From Candidatus Thorarchaeota archaeon (GTDB lineage: Archaea; Asgardarchaeota; Thorarchaeia; Thorarchaeales; Thorarchaeaceae): 13,792 nucleotides of DNA. Location of the stretch: positions 1 through 13,792 of the forward strand of contig SDNP01000048.1 in assembly GCA_004524445.1 (NCBI GenBank), in the 5' to 3' direction. Within the stretch, counting starts at the first letter, position 1, and the number at the start of each line of letters is the position of its first letter. The notes beneath the pieces are model-generated. The model was given only the letters and a program-made list of their open reading frames with translations, was not told where the DNA came from and made no database searches. Position numbers and translations under genes: made by a program. Shown in pieces: positions 6,327 to 13,792 of this stretch.

Positions 6327-6334
6327 TTTTATAC
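6327..6334 (+). promoter_or_regulatory. Putative TATA box of the nuclease gene (leaderless or near-leaderless transcript)
   Basis: TTTTATAC ends 22 nt before ATG 6357, and there is no clear SD. Confidence 0.35.
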
Positions 6335-6356
6335 TTGTGAGTGAGCACTTGGATAT

Positions 6357-7061
6357 ATGAGCTCCTCTGAGCATGAGAACCATATTGGGACGCTTAGCGA
6401 AAGTACACTCCATTCCCAGTTGAAAGAGGAATATGCTAGGGATGGCGATCTCATCGAGGCTAGCGTAGGTAATTTTGTGGCTGACATTCTCAGAGGAGGA
6501 CATATCATAGAAATTCAGATCAAGAATCTAGCAGCCCTTCAAAACAAACTAGAAGAACTTGCCAAGAGATATACTATCACCATTGTCCATCCGATAGCCA
6601 AGGAGAAGTGGATAGTCAGAGAGAGCATGGACAGAAGTGAAGTTCTAAGCCGAAGAAAATCGCCCAAAAAGCAGAATGTTTTCAACTTGTTTGAGGAATT
6701 AGTTCATGCGCCACTGCTGCTCGGGATAAGAGGCCTCGATTTGGAAGTAGTTCTAATTCAAGAGGAAGAAATCTGGGTGAATGATACCAAAGGGAGCTGG
6801 AAGAGAAAAGGGTGGAGCATAGTAGATCGGCAAATGTTGGATATTGTTGAGAGATATCGATTCGAAGAGAAAGAGGATTTACTTGCACTGATTCCTGATG
6901 GCTTAGATATGCCCTTCACAAACAAACAGCTTGCAAAGGCGCTTGGTATCAAGAATCGGATCGCGCAAAAAGTCACCTACACTCTGAGAAAGATGAATCT
7001 CATCCAAGTGTCTGGAAAGAAGGGGAGAGCCTTCCTCCACAGGATTGCTCCAAATAGATGA
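6357..7061 (+). CDS. PD-(D/E)XK-superfamily nuclease-like protein with probable C-terminal winged helix
   Basis: N-terminal ES.LH..LK helix, IE....F.AD, IIEIQ (D...ExQ catalytic pattern as in CoiA-like nucleases). C-terminal PFTNKQLAKALGI...AQKVTYTLRKMNLI...GKKGRAFL is HTH-plus-wing-like. Confidence 0.65.
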   Translation: MSSSEHENHIGTLSESTLHSQLKEEYARDGDLIEASVGNFVADILRGGHIIEIQIKNLAALQNKLEELAKRYTITIVHPIAKEKWIVRESMDRSEVLSRRKSPKKQNVFNLFEELVHAPLLLGIRGLDLEVVLIQEEEIWVNDTKGSWKRKGWSIVDRQMLDIVERYRFEEKEDLLALIPDGLDMPFTNKQLAKALGIKNRIAQKVTYTLRKMNLIQVSGKKGRAFLHRIAPNR

Positions 7062-7083
7062 GCAGGTTCCCCTCATTGCAGAG

Positions 7084-10000
7084 CTAGTCTAGCATGCCCA
7101 AATCTGATTCCTCTTCATTATGGCCTCTCAACCGATCAACTGCCCTTGGAACTCCTCTGACAATTCGTGATGAAACAAATGGAATCAAGATGAGAAACAC
7201 AACTGGAATGAGAACAATTGCTGCCATTGAGTAGTTGCGCAGGAAATCGAGCTGCATAATCGTGGTTGCTCCTAGGATGAGTAAGAACATGAGAAACTTG
7301 ATGCGTATAGAGGACCCCGTTCTACCTATCAATAGAGCTTGCTCCTCTTCTACAACGTCGTGTGGTGTGCCAGCTGCCACCATTTCATCAATCCTGTTTA
7401 GTCCTTTCCGATTGTCCCTATAGAAACTGATCACCACAACTACAATGCTGCTGAGGTAAGTACCTAGAATTGTTGCTAATAGAGGCGGAATACTGATTTC
7501 TCCAATAACAAATTGTGGTACTTCCAAGATGTATCTCTGGAAATGTTCAAGATAAGCACCATAGGTGAAGATAAGAAACACAATGAACGGGACCAAGAGG
7601 AGATGCCAAACGCCCAAGGCCGTGCGCTTCTTGCTAAGACTCCCATCTAGGAGAATCGATTTGTATGCGTCTCGATAGAGCCAAAGCCCGTAGAGTAGAA
7701 CGGATGCACCCAGTAATATGATGCCTTCAATCAAGGAGTACAGAAACTGTCCTTCCATATACAAGAACCACGAATGCACAAACAATAATCCCGTTAATGA
7801 AACCAGAAAAGCATAGACGCGATCAAGTTGCGTGATGCTTCTCTTGATATCATCCTCTCTCCTAGGTTTAGTGGAGATTGCTGAAGATACCTTCACGAAT
7901 ATCATCATGCCAATGAGGCTCAGAAGCAATGAAATACTAGCAGCCATTGAAATTTGACTGGTGCTAAGCGACTCCAAGCTTGGCGTGTAAACCTCAACGA
8001 AGACAGGCACATGATTACTGTGTGGTTCGGAAAGCTCGCCTTCTATGGTAACCGAAATGTTGTACCAACTATGATAGGTGTTTCCAACATCAAATGCGGC
8101 GAAATATACACCTCTTATGTCAGTTTCTTCAGCATTTGTTTGCATCGATGCGAATTCGACCATCACATCCAAACCCGAGATCGGATTCCCGTAGAGGTCT
8201 GTAACTTCAATGTCCACGGTGAGAACTGATTGCTGCACCGGTTCCATTGTGGAGGGCATTATTCTGATTGTTGGATCAGCAACAACTGTCAGGTTCCCAC
8301 TTGTTTGAAATGGATACATGTATTGATGTTCAATAATCAAGTAGTAGGTATGCACTCCAAACGGCCAACCCACAGTTGAAATATCAGTCTGGTAGATACC
8401 TCCGCTGACGGGTTCAAGGTTGTACGTTGTACCTCTGACCAACAGGCTTAGGATGGCATTTTCTGCGGGAATAATGAGCCAGTCTGCAATCTCTACTTCA
8501 ATGTTTGTTGATTGACTCTGGTCTACGTTCCAATCATCTGGCGGCATTCTCAAAATAACGGGGTCAGACATAACGAATAGGTCGCTAACTACAAAACCAT
8601 CATTGCTGAAGTGGGAACCATAGAAGATAATAACGCTCCATTTGCCCATAGAATAGGTTGCATTTAACCGTGCCCGGAACCTACCTCCACCCATATGACT
8701 TGCCGTGACATTCCTTCCATCAATCTCAATGGTTACCCACGAGTCGCTGGGCACAGCTCCATAGTTGTCGCTGACAAACACTGTGACATTGAACATCTCC
8801 CCGCCAGTGACAGGGGGTATCTCTGGCACCTCAACATTTAGGCTCCCCATTGTCACTACATTGAATTCGCCAAAGTTTGTATCCTGGAGGAATTCATGCT
8901 CCACATAGATATCAAAGGAATGATTTCCTATAGCCAGAGATGCAGTGGTATTCAGATGGTAGCATCCTGATTCTAGTTCTTCTAGTACTAGCTCAAGGTC
9001 CCCTCCACGCAGGATTACCTGTGCGTTCTCAAATGGGTTATCAAAGATATCAGTGATATTGAGCCAGCCATTGAACTCCTCATCCTGTTCTACGATATCA
9101 GGCATATCTCTGTTAATCTGAACAGCATCAGTTTCTACCCTGACTATCGCTGTACTAGATGCAGGACTTGAAGCATAGAGATGGTAACCAGTGGCGTTTA
9201 CCACATATTCACCAGGAATGCAGTCTATACTCGGGATAGATAGGCGGTATTGCGCTTCCTCATATACAGCCGGATATTCGGTTCCATCAAGATCCACGGC
9301 CACCATAGCATCTGGAACTCTTACGCCAAGACTATCAACAACCGTAATGTTGGCAGAAAACGTACTATTCTGCATCACGATATCTCGTGTATAGACAATA
9401 ACCTCTAGTGGGCTTCGTACAGTCAGTGCATTAGGATAGTACTCCTCCGCCAGATCATAAAGAGGATGACTAACAGTCACACTGAAATTCACAATGCCCA
9501 TAGGCCAACTGGCTGTTATGGATGTCGAATAGACTCCGGTGTCAAAAATCAATGCTTTTGTTTGGTTGATGATGGAGCCACCAGATGGGTAGTGTATTGT
9601 CACATATACCTCAGCATCGCTGATCACTTCAGAATAGATATTCGTGATGTCAGCAAAGACCATAAGCGAGTCACCCTGCAAAACCTCACGAGTTGAATAT
9701 GCCAGGGATGCATTCAAACGCCGAATCAGCACTATGTCACGAATCACTCCTATCTTCGTGACCCCATTCTGGACTAGCGGGTATGATACAATCTCCTCTC
9801 CATATCCTAGGTCGATATTGCTGAGTGGCATCGAACCATAACCCTGACCAACCGCCATTCTTCGTTCAACAATCCCGTCTAATGACACGATTGTCAGCTG
9901 CTCATCCTGCTTGGTGAAGACCCCATATTCCTCTTCGCCATCACCATCAAAATCAACAACAACCGAGCTGAGATAGTCAGAGGTGCTGACAGGAACGCTC

Positions 10001-12579
10001 CAAGAGATTTCAACTGGGTTTCCAATTATTATCAGCGAAACCTCATCTGAGAAGTAATTTAGGCCTATGATTTCATCAGTCCCGTCACTGTCCACATCTA
10101 TCAGTGTGGGATCCATGTATACGATATCTCGGATAGTGAACAGGGGGGTCTCATTGATTCTTGGTGTGCTACCATCAAAGACATGATAGCCCATTGAATA
10201 TCCAAGTTCATCAATGAGATAGAGATAGAGTAAGAATTTCGTAGATTCTCGGGATCCATTATGATAAGCGTATGGACTAACAGGAATTGTAGCGGAATGG
10301 GTAGCAGATGTCACGTTGTGTGTTGAAATCTTTGTCATGCTGGTTGCATTTATGATGTCTACCGGACCTGTGCTCGCCGATACACAAGCTTCAACCGAGT
10401 TCTGATTGATTGTCTTTGCCAGACTCAATCCATAGTTCTCCGCATCGGATCCAGTCAATGACACATTAGACCATTCCCCACTGGCATCCAGTTGTAGCAA
10501 ATAAGCCGGGGCATAACTCCAATTGAAGTAGTGCTCCGAGATGAAGAAGAATTCCTCAACTCCATCATTATCGCAATCGAATGTCTGTGGTGAATGAGGA
10601 AAAGTGAGATTCAATGGGTGTTGAGAGCTCCACCATAACGAGCCCGAAGAGCCATGATATATTGATACATTGATGGTTCTCGAACTGCTATTATACAGGA
10701 GTACGACAGGATCGAGAACATTGTCACCATCCATCATTCCGGTGTATATCCAGAAATCACTGAATGTGCGATTTGCTACCAAGGCTAATGTTTCATTATT
10801 ACCGCGAGGAGTATACCGGTCAAGATAGATTTCATTCATTATAGAGTCAAGCGTGTAAATCACCTCTCCACCATCTGAGTTGTTGCCTATATCCATTAGA
10901 TGGTGGCTGAGACCGGTATCCTCGTATTTCGATGCAGTCCAAGCCAAGTGTCCGGCCACTGTGAAATTCATGGGATGGCTTGCATTTCCTACGGATGCCA
11001 AATTCAAGTATGTGTCTTGAAACTCTAGGAAGTACTCGTAGTATCCCTCAGCCATTCCGACCAAGAATGCGAAGTATTTGTTTCCCGAATTCTGCATTTC
11101 TTCAATGGGTTGAGTCCAATTGCCCCCTTCGTAACGCAGGTAAATATCTGCGAGAATAATCGATGTATCATCCTCCACGCTCACTTCGATTTCTATGTAG
11201 TCGTCGTGGATTGTGGGATGAGGAGGAGATAGAGGCTCAGGAATTATGATGGGTGGTTGAATGTCACTAAGAAGAACATAGACCGTTTGACTCTGTAGGA
11301 CTATGATATCATCCCGCAAATTGTCATTGACATCGTATGTGAGGATTTGACTTGGTTTAGTGGATATTGTTGGTTCCTCGTAGCCAAATGTGCCATCTAC
11401 TCCTCTGAGGAAACCCACATCACCACCATCAGCAGTCAAAAGTGCATAGTCAGTTAGGTTGTCGGCATCAATAAGACCATAGTCTAACAGGGGACTGGGT
11501 GGGTCTCCTGTGGATATGCCTTTCATAGCTCCTGAGATTTCCACTGTTTGACGGATTACTGTTCCATCTGTCCCGTCTATATAGACGCTGTAATTGGTCT
11601 GGGTAGGCACAATAACCAGGTCCTCCTGACCATCATGATTGAGGAAACCAGTTGTTACAAAACTCCGTTCAGGATGACCTGTAGTGTTGAATAGGGAGGC
11701 CATTGTGTCGGGATTTATGGCTGTCAGATTTCCATCAAACATCATAGCCGCAAGGTCATCGAGTCCACTTCCATACTCGAATTTTGCAATACCGAATATC
11801 TCGGTATGCATCATCTTGGTTCTCAATATGGTCCCGTTTCCACCAATGATGGTCAGGTTGCCATCCTTAGTGGATGTATAGAGACCCATTGCTATCGAAT
11901 CTTGAGAAGACTCAAGGAAATTACCGATTGCATAGCAATCTATCTCGAAACCAGAAAAGGAGAAATTGCCCAGCATTTGATGTGTTTGAACATCTAGTGT
12001 AACTACTCCAAGACGCAGGAATACCGCCACATCCAAGTGTGAATCTGCATTGAAGTGCCCGGTGGAAATTCCCGTTGGTTCGCTGACGGATAGATTGTAG
12101 AGAGTTGTTGTTGCGTCGTTGAAATCAACAATCAGAAGATTGAATGTAGTTCCGTTGTGATTCAATATCAAGAACTCAGTGCTACCGTCGCTATCAATGT
12201 CTGCTCCAGTAATGGTCTTTTCTTCGAGAGTTCCTGATTCAATTGTCTGGTTGAGGGTGATGTCATTAATGGGATCAACGAACCTGAGGACATCTGCAGC
12301 ATCATCAGAGTATGCAAATCCCCGGTAGGTGTTGACGTTACCCATGGCGATATAATCTGAGTGGGCTGTAAGCTGGATAGTCAGATAGTCTTCATCAGCG
12401 ATAGCATTGTTCTTCACTATCTTATCAGTACTGGAAGAGCTCTCATGCCTAGTATTTCCAGACATGATAGGACAAACGAGTACAAAAAGCATAAAGGCCA
12501 ATAGACCCAGCTTTAGAGTATCAAGTTGGTAGTTCTTCAATTGACGTGTCTTAATGCGTGGCGCAGCATCTCTAACCAT
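7084..12579 (-). CDS. Giant cell-surface membrane glycoprotein: signal peptide, two FG-GAP/VCBS-like Ca-binding repeat regions, Ig-like repeats, ~7 C-terminal TM helices
   Basis: 1831-aa uninterrupted ORF with an N-terminal basic plus hydrophobic segment. About 11 DxDxDG-like loops (DIDSDGSTE, HFNADSHLD, FLNHDGQED, LIDADNLTD, DVNDNLRDD, MMDGDNVLD, DCDNDGVEE, DVDSDGTDE, DFDGDGEEE...). Six ~95-aa beta-rich repeats of the V.D..G.p+..a.V...G.Y type. Many NxS/T sequons. Seven hydrophobic segments in the last ~290 aa. Confidence 0.85.
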   Translation of the reverse strand: MVRDAAPRIKTRQLKNYQLDTLKLGLLAFMLFVLVCPIMSGNTRHESSSSTDKIVKNNAIADEDYLTIQLTAHSDYIAMGNVNTYRGFAYSDDAADVLRFVDPINDITLNQTIESGTLEEKTITGADIDSDGSTEFLILNHNGTTFNLLIVDFNDATTTLYNLSVSEPTGISTGHFNADSHLDVAVFLRLGVVTLDVQTHQMLGNFSFSGFEIDCYAIGNFLESSQDSIAMGLYTSTKDGNLTIIGGNGTILRTKMMHTEIFGIAKFEYGSGLDDLAAMMFDGNLTAINPDTMASLFNTTGHPERSFVTTGFLNHDGQEDLVIVPTQTNYSVYIDGTDGTVIRQTVEISGAMKGISTGDPPSPLLDYGLIDADNLTDYALLTADGGDVGFLRGVDGTFGYEEPTISTKPSQILTYDVNDNLRDDIIVLQSQTVYVLLSDIQPPIIIPEPLSPPHPTIHDDYIEIEVSVEDDTSIILADIYLRYEGGNWTQPIEEMQNSGNKYFAFLVGMAEGYYEYFLEFQDTYLNLASVGNASHPMNFTVAGHLAWTASKYEDTGLSHHLMDIGNNSDGGEVIYTLDSIMNEIYLDRYTPRGNNETLALVANRTFSDFWIYTGMMDGDNVLDPVVLLYNSSSRTINVSIYHGSSGSLWWSSQHPLNLTFPHSPQTFDCDNDGVEEFFFISEHYFNWSYAPAYLLQLDASGEWSNVSLTGSDAENYGLSLAKTINQNSVEACVSASTGPVDIINATSMTKISTHNVTSATHSATIPVSPYAYHNGSRESTKFLLYLYLIDELGYSMGYHVFDGSTPRINETPLFTIRDIVYMDPTLIDVDSDGTDEIIGLNYFSDEVSLIIIGNPVEISWSVPVSTSDYLSSVVVDFDGDGEEEYGVFTKQDEQLTIVSLDGIVERRMAVGQGYGSMPLSNIDLGYGEEIVSYPLVQNGVTKIGVIRDIVLIRRLNASLAYSTREVLQGDSLMVFADITNIYSEVISDAEVYVTIHYPSGGSIINQTKALIFDTGVYSTSITASWPMGIVNFSVTVSHPLYDLAEEYYPNALTVRSPLEVIVYTRDIVMQNSTFSANITVVDSLGVRVPDAMVAVDLDGTEYPAVYEEAQYRLSIPSIDCIPGEYVVNATGYHLYASSPASSTAIVRVETDAVQINRDMPDIVEQDEEFNGWLNITDIFDNPFENAQVILRGGDLELVLEELESGCYHLNTTASLAIGNHSFDIYVEHEFLQDTNFGEFNVVTMGSLNVEVPEIPPVTGGEMFNVTVFVSDNYGAVPSDSWVTIEIDGRNVTASHMGGGRFRARLNATYSMGKWSVIIFYGSHFSNDGFVVSDLFVMSDPVILRMPPDDWNVDQSQSTNIEVEIADWLIIPAENAILSLLVRGTTYNLEPVSGGIYQTDISTVGWPFGVHTYYLIIEHQYMYPFQTSGNLTVVADPTIRIMPSTMEPVQQSVLTVDIEVTDLYGNPISGLDVMVEFASMQTNAEETDIRGVYFAAFDVGNTYHSWYNISVTIEGELSEPHSNHVPVFVEVYTPSLESLSTSQISMAASISLLLSLIGMMIFVKVSSAISTKPRREDDIKRSITQLDRVYAFLVSLTGLLFVHSWFLYMEGQFLYSLIEGIILLGASVLLYGLWLYRDAYKSILLDGSLSKKRTALGVWHLLLVPFIVFLIFTYGAYLEHFQRYILEVPQFVIGEISIPPLLATILGTYLSSIVVVVISFYRDNRKGLNRIDEMVAAGTPHDVVEEEQALLIGRTGSSIRIKFLMFLLILGATTIMQLDFLRNYSMAAIVLIPVVFLILIPFVSSRIVRGVPRAVDRLRGHNEEESDLGMLD
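7990..9715 (-). repeat. About six degenerate Ig-like protein repeats (coding-level repeat) in the giant protein
   Basis: Recurring cores ADITNIYSEVISDAEV, NITVVDSLGVRVPDAMV, NITDIFDNPFENAQV, VFVSDNYGAVPSDSWV, VEIADWLIIPAENAIL and IEVTDLYGNPISGLDV, each followed ~20 aa later by a G-x-Y/F strand. Boundaries are approximate. Confidence 0.65.
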
Positions 12580-12583
12580 TGCA

Positions 12584-12660
12584 TCTCCATCCCAAGCGAA
12601 TATGGGATGTAGAAGAAACTAGTGCATTTCTATGTTTCCGCTGCGAATGCTCTTTATAAG
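12584..12660 (-). promoter_or_regulatory. Putative TATA box (12659-12653) and 5'-UTR hairpin covering the RBS of the giant gene
   Basis: Minus strand CTTATAAAG about 75 nt upstream of the ATG. TCT-A-CATCCCA-tattcgct-TGGGATG-G-AGA ends 4 nt before the ATG and contains the GGATGGAG SD-like sequence. Confidence 0.45.
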
Positions 12661-12717
12661 CACGGCAATGGATTGAATTGATTAATCGGTGACACCAATG
12701 AAGCCGAAGAAAGGAAT

Positions 12718-13623
12718 CTACTGGTTGTCGATCTCACCCGTATCGAGTATCTTTGGTTCCGAAACCGAGAGTTCTTTGTCCTGAAATCTGCTCAGAAGAA
12801 TAACTCCAATTATTCCGCACACCAGCCCAAGAGCATAGAGTAGAGTATTGTTCAGTGATTGTCCAAATATGTAGAGTCCACCAAATATCACAGCGAACAT
12901 ACTAATGGTTCCAGTGATCGCATTGAAGCGCGCAGCAGGATTTCTTTGCAGTCCAATAGAGATTGTATAGACCCCGGCCGCAAATGTGAAGATGCCCAGC
13001 AAGATGAGAGGAATCAGGGCATTGATGAATCCTTCAATAATGTCGGTTCCTGCGAATAATGAAAGGGTGAACCACTGGGTGTATTGTGATGCCAATGCCT
13101 GCAGGAATGAAGTGATCGGTGCCCAGAGTATAGACAGACGGCGGGTTGCAGGCACCATAGTGCTAACTGCAATTAGCAAAATCACTGTGTAAAATAGAAT
13201 GCCATCATAAGATGCGAACATTATCGGTTCTGTGACTCCTCCAAAAGCAATGAACACGGGCGTCAAAATCAGCATGATAACGCCAATTATTGCCTTAGCG
13301 TCAATCTCCTCATCCAAACGGCGGTGCGAGAGAATGACCAGTGCGATGAGTCCAACGTTCATGAGCGGCTGGACCACAACGATCCCTGCCATTTGAGTGG
13401 CCAGCAGATATGTCAGCCCTCCAAGCAATGAGATTGCAAACCCAGCAAGCCATCTCTTGTTCTTGAATAATGCGCCGGTCTGCTTCAAGGCACCGGAAAC
13501 CTCTATATTCTCCATGGTGGATAGAGCCTCTTTCTGGATGATGGGGGCGATGTTCCACATTAGGGAGGTCATGATAGCCAGAAGAATCCCTAGAAACGCA
13601 CCGGTCATGAGAAGTTGCATCAT
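12718..13623 (-). CDS. DMT/EamA-superfamily membrane transporter (NIPA Mg2+-transporter-like N-terminus)
   Basis: 301 aa with about 9-10 hydrophobic helices. Motifs 'IIQKEAL', 'LFKNKRWLAG', 'VVVQPLMNVGL..L..L...LDE' and terminal 'GLVCGIIGVILLS' are typical of DMT/NIPA-like proteins. Confidence 0.75.
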   Translation of the reverse strand: MMQLLMTGAFLGILLAIMTSLMWNIAPIIQKEALSTMENIEVSGALKQTGALFKNKRWLAGFAISLLGGLTYLLATQMAGIVVVQPLMNVGLIALVILSHRRLDEEIDAKAIIGVIMLILTPVFIAFGGVTEPIMFASYDGILFYTVILLIAVSTMVPATRRLSILWAPITSFLQALASQYTQWFTLSLFAGTDIIEGFINALIPLILLGIFTFAAGVYTISIGLQRNPAARFNAITGTISMFAVIFGGLYIFGQSLNNTLLYALGLVCGIIGVILLSRFQDKELSVSEPKILDTGEIDNQ

Positions 13624-13740
13624 TGGTATCGCGTAACAAGAATGGAGGTCTGTAATAAGAGATATTATTTTCAGAGAGCATGCTGAAAAAAAAGGAATGA
13701 GTTATAGAGAGGGGATTCAGATTGATACCTGTTGGTTGTG

Positions 13741-13792
13741 ATGATAGAACGCATTCATGAAAGAGCAAGTAAGAAAATTCTGCTGGTAGCAA
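13741..13792 (+). CDS. Probable 5' end of a divergently transcribed gene (signal-peptide-like), truncated by the window edge
   Basis: ATG 13741 opens MIERIHERASKKILLVA..., basic then hydrophobic and open to the end of the window. An A-rich tract and GTTATAGA (13701-13708) upstream resemble BRE/TATA. Only 17 codons are visible. Confidence 0.35.
   Translation, partial: MIERIHERASKKILLVA

Noticed and set aside
6265-6330. SECIS element / selenoprotein reading for the Cys-rich peptide
   Set aside because: The gene has no in-frame TGA (it ends TAG TAA), and the hairpin lacks the AUGA...GA non-Watson-Crick core. The TGA stops of tusA and iscS are ordinary ATGA overlaps.
7084-7960. True GPCR or rhodopsin homology of the 7TM region (YRD resembling DRY)
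   Set aside because: The motif order differs from DRY, and there is no NPxxY, GAIN/GPS motif or TM7 retinal Lys. Only the architecture is comparable without a structural search.
1-13792. CRISPR array, tRNA/rRNA, IS element or DGR-type nucleotide repeats
   Set aside because: By eye, there are no regularly spaced direct repeats, cloverleafs, terminal inverted repeats, transposase or reverse transcriptase. Repeats in the giant gene are visible only at protein level.

Overview
Archaeal-looking window. It has BRE/TATA-type promoters, GGTGA Shine-Dalgarno sites and a giant sequon-rich surface protein; an Asgard/Thorarchaeia-like origin is an inference from gene style only. Gene order: ParB/Srx-fold small protein (+); translationally coupled tusA-iscS-iscU operon (+); CBS-domain ClC anion channel/transporter (-); Zn-dependent alcohol dehydrogenase (-); 54-aa, 10-Cys desulforedoxin-like peptide (+); PD-(D/E)XK-like nuclease with probable C-terminal wHTH (+); 1831-aa surface protein (-); DMT/EamA-type transporter (-); and probably the first codons of a divergent gene at the right edge. 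Two things stand out. (1) The Isc module appears built from pseudo-enzymes: IscS has lost the PLP lysine (SSNDIYGPKG) and the substrate Arg but keeps the mobile Cys, IscU is fused to a degenerate thioredoxin-reductase NADPH domain, and a TusA sulfur carrier is coupled upstream. (2) The giant protein has integrin-like Ca-binding propeller repeats, an Ig-like stalk and seven predicted C-terminal TM helices (N-out/C-in), an adhesion-receptor-like layout. Several intergenic hairpins and operator-like palindromes are also visible. No rRNA, tRNA, CRISPR array or transposase was recognised. All family assignments come from motif recognition by eye, not database searches.
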